DNA from: Eledone cirrhosa | Lineage: Eukaryota | Direction: 5' to 3' | Assembly (NCBI GenBank): GCA_964016885.1 | Contig: OZ024745.1 | Span: forward strand, 62,248,001 to 62,312,000 | Length of the DNA: 64,000 bases | In this document: positions 24,724 to 43,399 of the stretch, in pieces | Layout: each line of letters opens with the position of its first letter | How positions within the stretch are numbered: position 1 is the first letter of the stretch | Program-made: the position numbers and the translations under genes | Notes under the pieces: model-generated | What the model was told of the DNA's origin: nothing | Databases searched by the model: none | The model's input: the letters and a program-made list of their open reading frames with translations, nothing else

Positions 24724-25546
24724 TAAAAACAAATAACGAAACGAATTAAATTTCGTTTCCCTTCTAACTCACTTTTGTATGACTGACGCTTAAACAATTA
24801 AGTTAAAGTGTACATCTACATATGTATACGGAAGTACTAGCATGCATATAAATACACATATGTATACATATGTACATGTACCGAGCTTTTCACTAGACAC
24901 TTTACAGTGAGTGTCCAGCTAGTCTGTATGTAAACACACAGACGAACCGGGTTTTTAAAGTCATACGGGTTTTCTAGTGAAAAGCTCGGTACATGTACAT
25001 ATGTATACATATGTGTATTTATATGCATACTAGTACTTCCGTATACATATGTAGATGTACACTTTAACTAATTGTTTAAGCGTCTGTCATACAAAAGTGA
25101 GTTAGAAGCGAAACGAAATTTAATTTCGTTTCGTTATTTGTTTTTTATCGTTTCCGCTGAACCGGCGCGTACAATGACTCACGTTCTATGCAAATTAGTC
25201 TGCCCACTACTGATTTTCATAGAAAAAGCATATAACGATATGTGCTTTACATTCTCCGGAGAAGCCAGAAGATAGGTATATATTGCTGATTGAGATTTAA
25301 TAACATCGAAACTAGTCAATATACCTGTCTGGCTCTCTGGAGAATAGAGGAAGTGTGTTTCCTTGAAAACCCGTATGACTTTAAAACCCGGTTCGTCTGT
25401 GTGTTTACATACAGACTAGCTGGACACTCACTGTAAAGTGTCTAGTGAAAAGCTCGGTACATGTACATATGTATACATATGTGTATTTATATGCATACTA
25501 GTACTTTTCGTATACATATGTAGATGTACACTTTACTTAATTGTTC
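24724..25546 (+). mobile_element. Retrozyme-like / non-autonomous Penelope-like element: 468-nt monomer, partial tandem repeat and 5' inverted copy
   Basis: 24973-25077 is repeated at 25441-25546. 24724-24972 is the reverse complement of (25366-25440 + 24973-25148). One HHR per monomer. Confidence 0.85.
25251..25345 (+). ncRNA. Type-I hammerhead ribozyme motif with long stem I
   Basis: ATATTG-CTGATTGA(25286)-GAT ttaataac ATC-GAAA(25308)-CTA-GTC/AATAT. Stem I: TTCTCCGGAG..GCCA..GATAGGTATATATTG pairs with CAATATACCTGTCTGGCTCTCTGGAGAA. One extra U in the core. Confidence 0.75.
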
Positions 25547-27890
<2,344 letters not shown>

Positions 27891-28443
27891 CATTATTTTT
27901 CTTAGTTTATAGATACATTTATATTAGGCAGTCTGCTCAGGCAGTTGAATACTGACCCCTCCCCCCCCCCCCCCTCCCACCTAATTTCTGTATCTTGATC
28001 TAAAAATGTGTGTGCCAGTGTTTTATGTGAGTGAATTAATATCCATGTGCTTATGATTTTATATCCACATATATAAATGTGAGTGGGGGTGTGTGTGTGT
28101 TTGTATGTTCGTGGTTATGTGTATATTTATGCATATACGCGAGTGTATGTGTGATTGTACGGATATGTGTGAGTATGAAAAAATATATTTATATACTTGA
28201 CTTCATAAGTGTCAATACGCATCTTATCTGCGCATTGTAAGCTTACAGAGACATTAACCTTGAAATTTTGTATTTGCATCCATCCTTTTAGTATGCGTAT
28301 ACAAATTATACATACATTTTTGTAAAATATGTGTAAGGGTTTTACATGTATATACACACACCGAACTGCATTTAACCCTTTGTGTTTTCATTGGTCAATT
28401 TTGAACTGAAATTTTGAATTGTTGTTATTATCAATAAATATAC

Positions 28444-28598
28444 TTCATTATTTCTGAAGACGGCGTATATATGTGTTTGGTATGTATATTTAATCTTGAT
28501 AATTTGTATAATTTTGTATAATTTTGTACATAGATCTGTTGAATATGCATACCAATTCTAACACATATATATCCTACAAACGATCGTTAAATAATGAA
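28444..28598 (+). ncRNA. Long-stem-II hammerhead (copy with G12 to C change)
   Basis: TTCATTATTT-CTGAAGA-[~115-nt hairpin]-CAAA-CGATCG-TT/AAATAATGAA. Perfect 10-bp stem I. Confidence 0.7.
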
Positions 28599-28649
28599 CT
28601 TTTTTTGGTTTAATATAAGGAATTGTTTATTCATTATTTGTTTAATATT

Positions 28650-31068
<2,419 letters not shown>

Positions 31069-31618
31069 ATATGTGTATATGGATGTGTATGTATGTGTAT
31101 GTGTGTACACATGGACTAGAGTATGTATGTATATATGTGTGTGTCTATACGTGTGTATATAAAGATAAGTTGAGTATGAAAATGTATACACATGAGCGCG
31201 TATGTATGTACATGAATACATGTGTGTATATATATGTGTATGCATGTGTATATATATGTAAGTATGAATATGTGAATTGTGAGTATATGTATTTTGTAGA
31301 GGTGTGCAAATATATTTGTTTGTGAATGCGTGGGTGAAAGGATACGTACACTTGAAAGAAAAATTTAAGTCTGAATGTTAATTAAGTGCAAACACAAAAC
31401 CAACCACGCATATCTTTACTATCTCTAATCCTTCTATAGATTTAGAAAAATAACCAATAATATATTCTATTAAAAATGTCAAAATAACAGATGGGAATCT
31501 AATACTCACTGCCACCAAGAATTCTCACTGCTATCGAAAAACCACTCCTTCAACTATTCTTCTAACAACTTCACCCCTCCCTCCTAATATTCTCTATAAA
31601 ACTAAATAGGTCCTCAGT

Positions 31619-31746
31619 AAATATTATTCTGATGAAATGACAGTAAATAATAACATTGAAATATTGAATGTCTGCATAACTAAAAGTTTGTAGATAGCAG
31701 CTGTTTTAGGTTATGTAACTGTTATAGAAACACGTGTCAATAAATT
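31619..31746 (+). ncRNA. Type-I hammerhead with long branched stem II and intact core
   Basis: TTATT-CTGATGA(31629)-aATGACAGT...ACTGTTATa-GAAA(31727)-CACGTG-TC/AATAA. Internal hairpin TGCATAACTAAAA / TTTTAGGTTATGTA. Confidence 0.75.
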
Positions 31747-31912
31747 CCTTTCAACTAAACTGTATCCATTCAAATCTTTCTATTTTTCTCCGGATTACTT
31801 TTGGAACTACAACTGGAACCGTCGAGCAAACTCTACGTGAGCTGATAATCTACTGTGTGTAATATTTATATTACAACACAACGGAAAATACTGTATATAT
31901 ATATATATATAG

Positions 31913-32071
<159 letters not shown>

Positions 32072-32073
32072 GC

Positions 32074-32104
<31 letters not shown>

Positions 32105-32105
32105 C

Positions 32106-32140
<35 letters not shown>

Positions 32141-32153
32141 CATATATATATAC

Positions 32154-32280
<127 letters not shown>

Positions 32281-32416
32281 TGTAGATAAATCTACCAAGA
32301 GTTTACGGTAGTGTCCAATCCGTATGAAGAACTCAATGTATTCCGGATATCATGGAAAGAAGAGATGTAATGAAAAATCACTTTCGGTGAAAGATAAACG
32401 GTATACAGAGTCAAGA

Positions 32417-32845
<429 letters not shown>

Positions 32846-32875
32846 CATATACAATATTAAATAAATGGAAAACTA

Positions 32876-32982
32876 TATTTATAAAACCATATTTATTTCA
32901 TTATATATATTTCGGGGATATCATATTAACAATATGCTATGCCTTCATCAGACAAAATACAATATAAACAGTTTTATAGATA
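32876..32982 (-). ncRNA. Type-I hammerhead, intact core
   Basis: Minus strand: TATTTTGT-CTGATGA(32951-32945)-aGGcATAgCATATT gtt AATATGaTATcCCc-GAAA-TATATA-TA/ATGAAATA. Stem I extends via TATAAAAC / GTTTTATA. Confidence 0.75.
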
Positions 32983-33094
32983 AATATATTCGACATACCG
33001 TAATAAACATCAACTTCATTTGAAGAGGTTCACTCTAGCAGTGAAAATACAGAGAGAAAGAAAGAGAGAGAGAAAAGAGGGAAATAAGAAAGAA

Positions 33095-33324
33095 AGAAAG
33101 ACAAAACGAAGAAAAGGAAGAAAAAGAAGAAAAAGAAGAAATGCATGGGACAAAATAGAGAGATGGAAAAATAGATAAAGCGAAGAGCTTCATGTAAAGA
33201 GACCGAAAGAGATATATATATATATATAGAGAGAGAGGAAATAGAGATAGATACATATATAAATATAGATATAGAAAAATTAGGTAGTGGGAGGTCATTT
33301 TGAGTAAGTGTATCAATGATGCAT

Positions 33325-33359
<35 letters not shown>

Positions 33360-33660
33360 GCTCAAGTATTAATGTAAGGGAGATATAGAGAGATATAGAG
33401 AGATATAGAGAGAGAAAAATTTAAAAATAGCCAGACATATTCGAGGCGTAGAAAACCCTATGTTTTAATGTATTAGTATTTATAAAACTTACACTATATT
33501 ATAAATATCAGTATTCCTGAATGAAACAAGTATTCACAATGCGTGAAAATTCATTATCTTATGTTTAGTTTTTTAAAAAAATTCATATGTCTATGTGAAT
33601 CCAACTGATTCACTCCGCAAATTCAAAGTTACCGGAAAACATTCTCAATGTGGTATAAAC
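33095..33660. repeat. ~580-bp dispersed repeat, copy 2
   Basis: Direct repeat of 30377-30955. Confidence 0.85.
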
Positions 33661-33663
33661 ATG

Positions 33664-33800
<137 letters not shown>

Positions 33801-33808
33801 GTATATAT

Positions 33809-35312
<1,504 letters not shown>

Positions 35313-35639
35313 AAGGAAGGGGAATAAAAGGAAGGGGAAAAAAGACCATCAATTCACCGCCAAATAATTTTTTGAATCGGATTAGAAAGAGAGAGAAAAA
35401 CAAATTAAAAACAAACCAACACGTGTTGCTTCCCACACGGATATACACATATATATGTGTGTATTTGACATACCAACACACATGTGTACGTGGGCATACA
35501 TGTATGTGTATATATGTATGTGGTATGCTAATATTATACCATTCCTTGGAGCAAGTATACCCATTTCCAGACTTTTTCATCCCATAGCAATAAGAGCCGT
35601 ACAGAGCTGTTATACTAGTCGCGAATATTAGACATTATA

Positions 35640-35830
35640 GGTCGGGTGAACTGGCAGTATCGGTAGAGGGTGGGACGCCATGCTTTCTAGCATAGTTACA
35701 TCGCTTTACGGTCAGAGTTCAAATCCCGTCGAGGTTAACTTTGCCTTTCATCCTTAGGGTGTCGATAAAATAAAGTACCAGTAATGCACTGGGTAATTGC
35801 TGGCCTTGCGCCAATAGTAGAAACAATTAT
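35640..35830 (+). mobile_element. Nin/Deu-like tRNA SINE
   Basis: Same consensus as the 6954 copy. Confidence 0.9.
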
Positions 35831-37618
35831 TTATAATATAATGTTTCAACTAGATAAAAAAAAAGTAGAAACAATTATAGTTCGCCATATGAAACCCAAC
35901 ACGCGAAGTCTATAAAGATGTTGAATCTGATATCGATGAAGGAATTTGCTTGCATCAGACACCAATCCTCTTGAGTTACTGAATGTTTATCTTAAACATT
36001 TACCACGTTGCTTCATCACTTCTAACACATTCCTAAACCACCACACTCTAAACATATCTAAATTGATGATTTTACGATTGGATTATCTGATTACCCAATA
36101 GATTATCTGATTACCCAATAGTCAAATATTGGCCCCAAACATTCGCTGGGAAGCAGTATGTGCTGTTATGATGGAATACATCCTACGATAGGAACCTCAC
36201 AAATTTAACGAACCGAAACATATGAGAAGAGCGAGAGAAATAAATAAAAACAAATGGAAACATAAAACAAAACAAAACCAAACCGACCACCAATTCACTG
36301 CCAAATAATTTGAATCGGATTAGACAGAGAGAATGAAAAAACAAAAAAAAACAAAAAATAGAGAATATATTTATTTGCCGTTGTGCTGCCAAATGATGCC
36401 GAAAGCCACTGACCCGCATCACCGGCCAAGAAGACGACAGCAACAAGACAATAACATCGACCCCTCATCTTCGGTAAAAGAAGGTACTCGAGCCTCAGCA
36501 TACTGCCTGGTAGCCCGAATTGGTAGCAGTTTCATCCACCAACACCATTAACAAGAGGAAGGCAACGACAGCAACAGTGACATTAACAACAGCAACACAT
36601 ATGTGTATACATCAACATCTTACCAGCAACCACTACCACTACCATTAACAAGAGGAAGCCAACTCCAGCATCAGTGACAATAACAACACATGTTTTCAGG
36701 ATTGAATGACTCACCTCCAGCCACAAGGTCCTATGAGAAACTGCTAACATGCTCGCATGTGTGCGTGCTGAACTCTAGGTCTTTCCGCTGGGAACAACAC
36801 CCTGCCCCCCACCGCCCAATTTTTTTTTTTTTTTTGGTACATTCATCCATTCACTCACCTGTGTTGGCGTGATACGTCGAGCTTCCAGCGCCCTCGCAGC
36901 GTGGATGCAGGAACTACCTCTTCCCCTCGTCTGCCCAGCCACGGACGTCTGGCACACCACCAGATGGGACAGCCTCGCTGGTCAACATCCCTCGGCTCAG
37001 GAGCCTCCGGAAGATCTCACTAACGATCCCGAGTGCCGGTAGCCGATGCCCTCGATTCTTCGATTGAGACCGCCCTGGACTCCAATCGTGCCAGGGACTG
37101 GGAGCGACTCTTTTATTTCGCCCCACCCGCCCTCGGCCTCCCTAGCTATGGCCCTGACCGGGACGGCCGGTCGACAGCAGCCTTCGTCAAGGTCAATGTT
37201 TCGTCCTTCTGGCAAGCGCCCATTCCAAGCGTGCCTAGGGACGCCACACACACAACCTCGGGTACCCCCAATCCTCCACCCATGAGGCCAGCGCCAAGCG
37301 TTTGCCTGACCGCGAAAATGCTAAATTAATCATGGGTGATGTCTCGGCCGCAGTCAGTGGTTGCCTCAGAGGACACTGCCCTCCAACCCACCGAAGAGGT
37401 CCTGGATGCGCTGCGACTGAAGCACTTTAAGACACCTCCTCATCTCAGGCCCATACCCCCACCCGACCCCCACTTGCACCGTGTGGATTCCGACGCAGGC
37501 ACCATATCCGCCATCAAGTGCTTTCCAGCTAGCAGCAGCGGAGGTGCTAATGGTTCCGACCAGGCCACCCCAAGGAGTTGCTATCCCTCATCTCCGCTGA
37601 GGCCGGCACCACTTCTGA

Positions 37619-38665
37619 GTGCAATTGTGGGGCTCACCAATAGGCTCATCCATGGCAAACTGGACCCTCACGCCCGAGGCCTCTATTTTTCGGCTAATCT
37701 CACCGCTCTCAGGAAGAGAGGGTGGCATACGCCCCATCGTTTTGCGCAATGTCTTCCGGAGGCTGGTTGCCAAGGTGGTCTGCAGGTCCATAAGACCCGT
37801 ACTGTGTGAGGAGTTCAATCCGGCGCAACTGTGTGTCGGCGTGTCTGGTGGCTGTGAGGAGGCCGCACATGAAACTAGACAGTTCTTCAACAGCTGCCCA
37901 CCGGAACTAGGATCAAGGGACTCCAGGCACTTCATTGTCAAACTTGACACGAGGAATGCCTTCAACTGCTTACGCCGGGACCATCTGCTCAATGCCTGCC
38001 TAAGCCGAGCCCCCTCTCCCTACCCGCTGGCCTACCTGTCGTATGGAACCCCGAGCATCCTCCTTGCTGCTGATACAATCATACCTTCGGTCACTGGAGC
38101 GACCGTTTGGGACGCCTCCTGTTTGCTCTTTGGTATAGAGCACATCGCCAGGAGTATCACGGCCCCTCTCAACGTTTGGTATCTCGATGATGCTACGTTG
38201 GGCGAGCCCATACAGACTATCTGCCATGACGTACAATTGGTAGTTCCTGCCCTAGTGGCAATCGGCCTCCAGGTTAACTCGGTCAAGTCGGAGGTGGTGA
38301 ATGTTAGCCACGATGCTGAGAACTGTGCAGCCTCTGTCTCCGACGTGCGGTCCATTCTCCGCCAGGTACAGCTGACCGACAAAGAAGATGTCCCCATTCT
38401 CAGGTCACCGATCCACCCGCGGGCCATCCGCTCCACCATCAGATCCAGTCTTCAACAACTCCAGACTCTTACGAGCCGAGTGGGCTTGATCGACGGCCAC
38501 CCAGCTCCCTTTCTGTTGAGGAACTGCTTCGCCATGCCAAAGCTCCTCTATACCCTTCGCAACGCTCCGTGCTACACTCACACATCTCTCCTCGCTGACC
38601 TCGATACTTGTATCCGAGAAGCAGCCGAGGAGATATGCAACGCCAGGTTTGATGACATTGGATGA
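37619..38665 (+). pseudogene. Non-LTR reverse transcriptase domain (CRE-like), frameshifted
   Basis: GGIRPIVLRNVFRRLVAK, AQLCVGVSGGCEEAAH, KLDTRNAFN, WYLDD, LLRNCFAMPKLLYTLR. Confidence 0.85.
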
Positions 38666-39083
38666 CAACAGGCCACTTTACCTGTCAGGTATGGCTCCTT
38701 GGCCTCCGGCCTCCGATCTCACTGGCTTTGCCGGCGTATCTTTCGTCGGCAACCTCGTGCTGCGTCCTCGTCAGCTGGTTTCTCTCAAAACACAATAGAA
38801 CCCTCTGTGTTCATAGAACATGTGACCGGCTGGGACTTAGCTCAGTAGACGCCCCGCCTCCTTCCCCCTGTTGACGTCAAGTCCCCTCCATCCAGTGCAG
38901 CCTGGCCTCAGACAGGCTCACGCGCCAGCTCGACCAGCACCACTTTCCCTGTTTTCGTGCGGTCTCCACATCCCACAGAGGTGCCTGGCTCCATGTCCTG
39001 CTCTCCTTCTTCACTGGCACGTAGCTAGACCACAATAGCCTACGTATCGGCGTTTCCTTGAGGCTCGGCCTTCAGATCAGATC

Positions 39084-39524
39084 TGCGATCCACACCAATG
39101 TCGCTGCGGAGCCACCGTGGACTCTTTTGGCCTCCACTCGCTTTCCTGTCACCACAGTGCCGGCCGCCTTCCACGCCACGCTGCCCTCAACGAGGTCATA
39201 AAGCATGGCTTGGACGCTGCTGTTTTCCCTTCCCAGCTCGAACCGGTGGGGCTGGACCGAGAGGACGAGAAAAGGCCAGATGGCATGAACATCTTCCCGT
39301 TCCGCGTTGGTAAACCCCTCGTCTGGGATGCCACTTGCACTGACACTTTCTGTAGCCACAACCTGGTGCAGTCTGCGACTAACCCAGGTTCTGCTGCGCG
39401 TCGGGCTGAGGAGGCCAAACTCCTCAAATACCGGTCGCTCTCCAACAGGTTTGGGGTTGTACTCCTGGCAGTGGTGACGTCTGGTGCCTCGACCTTAGGT
39501 TTAGCTCCCTACTCACCACCATAG
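39084..39524 (+). pseudogene. CCHC zinc knuckle plus restriction-like endonuclease domain
   Basis: CRCGATVDSFGLHSLSC, RH(AALNEVIK), EP..RPDG...VWDATC, AEEAKLLKY. Confidence 0.85.
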
Positions 39525-40071
39525 GCGCTCAGTTGGCCAGCCGCAGGTGTGAGCTCCGCGAGTTGGAGTGGCTTTTCCAGCGTGTCTCCCTTGCCGTCCT
39601 CCGGGGAAACGGCTTCTCCATCCCGTCCGCCGGGGCTGGGGATGGGGGGGGGGGCATCGCGTATCATTCCATATTTAAGTATGGCCAATGAAGAATATGT
39701 GCCAATAGCCGGCTGTGGTTGGATTTCAAGTAGTTTTGCATGTCGTTTGAGCCCTCCCATTATTATATCATGTCTTTCAGTTTGTATAGGTATATATTAT
39801 TTTTGTCATACCACACCAGACTAAAAGACAATGCAAACAAATAGAAGCTGATTGTTATGACTATAAGAAGTGAAATACCAAATTACAAACCTCAGCAGTC
39901 TGCATATTGACGTACATGAATAGATTCTCTTTATAAATTCCCACTGGCAAAAAAGGATAGGCCTGTATACTAACGATACGCTTAGTAGTTCGAGCAAATT
40001 TGCTTGTGGCTTATATACTTTATTGTTCATTTCTGCATTTGTTTTCATATTGCACAATTAATATACGTTTG

Positions 40072-40223
40072 TTATACTTTGGGAGGGTCATGTTGCCAAT
40101 AAGAAACACACGCACCAGTTGCTTTCACTTCAATTTATTATAATAAATTTATAATAAATTTATAAATTTATAAATTTCTGGTTGGTTGGTTGGTTCCACA
40201 ACCAGATAGTTGTTTATATACGT
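40072..40223 (-). mobile_element. 3'-terminal fragment of the PLE at 44620-45452
   Basis: Reverse complement of 45335-45452. Flanked by 11-bp direct repeat AATATACGTTT (40061, 40224). Confidence 0.8.
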
Positions 40224-40269
40224 AATATACGTTTATTGCACTCAAAATACACTGAAAGTATATATTAAA

Positions 40270-40645
40270 AAGGAACGATCGACTTTTGTCAAATCGGACT
40301 GAGGGAACAATGTTTCCGTTGGTCTTTCCAATTGCTAATACTATCTATCGGTCGTAACTCCAGGTAGAAGGAGCAACGTGAAATAAAGTGTCTTGCTCAA
40401 GGACATAACGCATCCACACGCCTTCGAAGGCGTGTGGCTGAGTGGTTAGAGAATTGGATTCGCAATCGTAAGTTTGTGAGTTCGATTCCTGGACCAGGCG
40501 ATGCGTTATGTCCTTGAGCAAGACACTTTATTTCACGTTGCTCCTTCTACCTGGAGTTGCGACCGATAGATAGTATTAGCAATTGGAAAGACCAACGGAA
40601 ACATTGTTCCCTCGGTCCGATTTGACGAAAGTCGATCGTTCCTTT
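40270..40645 (+). mobile_element. tRNA-derived CORE-type SINE (40429-40645) with head-to-head inverted 3' copy (40270-40414)
   Basis: A box TGGCTGAGTGG, B box GAGTTCGATTCC, TGTCCTTGAGCAAGACACTT core. 13-bp TSD AGTATATATTAAA at 40257 and 40646. Confidence 0.85.
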
Positions 40646-40929
40646 AGTATATATTAAAGAAACTTAAATGACGTGTGAATTGCCATAAGCATTTATAAGT
40701 TTCAACACTTTGAATACCTAAATTGCTTGTCTACTTTCCTGTTTCATACCACTTGCAAAATGAATTAAATAATGAAATTGAAATCCCAAACTAGTAGAGG
40801 CTTCAATTAGTGAAATCTTACAACTACGTTAAATCGTTAGGCCAACAAAATGAAAGGTACATACAGAACAGCGCGTGCTAATCAAAGACCTTGATATTTT
40901 GATTACATATTGTTATCGACACACACTCG

Positions 40930-41008
<79 letters not shown>

Positions 41009-41302
41009 TTTAAATCGATACAATACTAAAAAAATGCTATTATTTCCATCTTGTCACTCACGGAACTTGCTTAATGATAAAAGGGGTGAAAGCATGTATA
41101 ATGCGAACCCATAACGAAACAGAGCAAACAACGTTTTCCGTATAAAACATCCGAGGGTGAGTAAGTTATTAAAATAACAATTTCGTAAAGAAATCGTAAA
41201 AAAATTCCTAGTGAGTAAAGCTCCAGTCCCGCCAGAAAAAAATTGCTAATCAACAATTAGATCTTACGGTATCCCATCAGCAGGTTGTTTTAAAAAGAAA
41301 TA

Positions 41303-41490
41303 ATTGTTTCTACTTTAGGCACAAGGCCAGCAATCACCCAGTGCATTACTGGTACTTTATTTTATCGACCCAGTAAGGATGAAAGGCAAAGTCAACCTCG
41401 GCGGGATTTGAACTCAGATCGTAAATGGACGTAACTATGCTGGAAAGCATGGCGTCCGACCCTCTACCGAGACTGCCAATCCACCGCCCT
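41303..41490 (-). mobile_element. Nin/Deu-like tRNA SINE
   Basis: Reverse complement of the consensus. TSD-like AAAAGAAATAAT on both sides. Confidence 0.9.
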
Positions 41491-42362
41491 GGTGGATTGA
41501 AAAGAAATAATGGGAAGTCCAAATCATCTCAACAGAAAAGCAAAGGAGACAGTGGCGTATTCTGCTAGCATAGCTACTATAACTTTTACAATAGCATGAA
41601 GGACATAGCTTTTTTAGTGTAGAATTGGTGGGAAGGCTCTAAAATAGAACAATTCCCGCGCCTAATAAACCAGTCGCTGATGTCTAAATAGTGATTAAAT
41701 ATATCACAATCACATTGAGATACTAACGAAATAAAGCATTCAGTTACAGCTACTACATGTGAGAAATTGCTACGCACTTGATATTTATCTGGTGTTACTG
41801 TCAAGACAATATATTGTTAAGCGACATATTCCTGGATCGTTCACCAGCACATTCCATAATACAGTCCATTTATTTACTGTCGGCTATAACATAAACGGCA
41901 GTAGTCATGTTTCATTGATGAAAATTATTCTTGACCCCCCAACATCAAACTTACCCTAATAACTGGTCTCTTTTCTATATATTTTAATTCTATTATCGGA
42001 TTTTAATCACGTTTCTCACACTGCGTTGTCAAATATGTTTTCAAAAATTCATAAATTTTCCTGCAGTCCTTTTTAAGAAAGTCCTTATTGTATCCCTAAA
42101 ATTGTTTCTAGATTTTGATATTAAACATTTATCATATACTCATCACATCGTATTGTAGACCATGTATCGAGTGTGTGAATTACTTAATTGAAATAGCAAT
42201 GACCTGTAAGGAAATCAAGATAAATACAAATTATCGCTGGTAATTACAAGATTAAATGTGAACGTATTGATTTAACTATTGCAATTTCCCTGCAGTTATA
42301 ACACCTTAAACACTATTATTTTGGAGCCAGATAGAAGCATTAGGCATGTAAACTCGTTTTAG

Positions 42363-42419
<57 letters not shown>

Positions 42420-43399
42420 GTGTGTCTTTCTGTGTGTGTGTTTGTGTGTATGGGTGTATATGTAAGTATATGTATTAGTGTATATATATATATGTGTATT
42501 TAATTAAGAGGTGAAGCTGTTGTGGTAAATATTTAATGATTTATTTTTCTGGCACAAATGAAGTCTATCCTTACGGTATATGTAATTCCCATAGAGAATC
42601 TGAGCAGCAAATAAATGGTGAGTCGATATGTATTTTTAGGGCTTAACCATCTTACCCCGATTAACAAAGATCATGTCCCGAATGCCGATATTTCTCAGTT
42701 TACTATAGGACTAGCAGCATTTACTTAGGCTGTTGACCGAACCGTTGGTCTCACGGCTTAGTCTACACTACCACAAAATTCCCACTCTTCCTTCATCAAC
42801 AATCTCAGTATGTCATATCTTTAACGCATAACATTACGGCACATTTTTCTTCAGGAAATGAACTTCCGAAAGGATTCTTTGAATGTTCTCAACCTTCTTC
42901 TGTATAATTTTTCCCCAAGTGTCAAACACAAGCCTGGATGCATTACTTGCTGCCGCTTCAATTGGAACAGCAGCCTTCTTTTCCAAATCCTTTCCATTCT
43001 ACTTGGATCGATGTCGAACTTTCGTGCAGGTGATTATTTCAGCTGCGAAAGAAATCACCCTAAATCACTAAACACATGCTCATGTTACTTTCATATGCTG
43101 CTACTCTTGACTAGATGAAAGGAAAATACACACGTATGGACATACCCTCTCACATTCTCTCTCTCAACTGTCACTCTGTCTTTTCTTTCTAGCTGGCACA
43201 GATAAACACACATACAGACACACACACATAAACACACACGCACGCACACACATACATACACATACACACACACTAACATAGACACACACTTAGGCATACA
43301 CAACATACACACTCGAAACGCCGTCGTACGTTATACATCTGCAGTAATGCTCTAAACTGCTAAAAATTATTGAAAATTACTTTGTCTTTCCTCTAAATC

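Larger units (their letters stand above)
36400..39655 (+). mobile_element. Decayed CRE-clade (REL-type) non-LTR retrotransposon
   Basis: GC-rich island with RT and REL motifs split across frames. 5' region has degenerate ACAGCAACA repeats. Boundaries are approximate. Confidence 0.8.

Noticed and set aside
36081-36120. 20-bp tandem duplication GATTATCTGATTACCCAATA
   Set aside because: Simple local duplication with no further structure.
40429-40500. tRNA gene
   Set aside because: The A/B boxes belong to a SINE head that continues into the CORE body; there is no proper acceptor stem. The same applies to the six Nin-like SINE heads.
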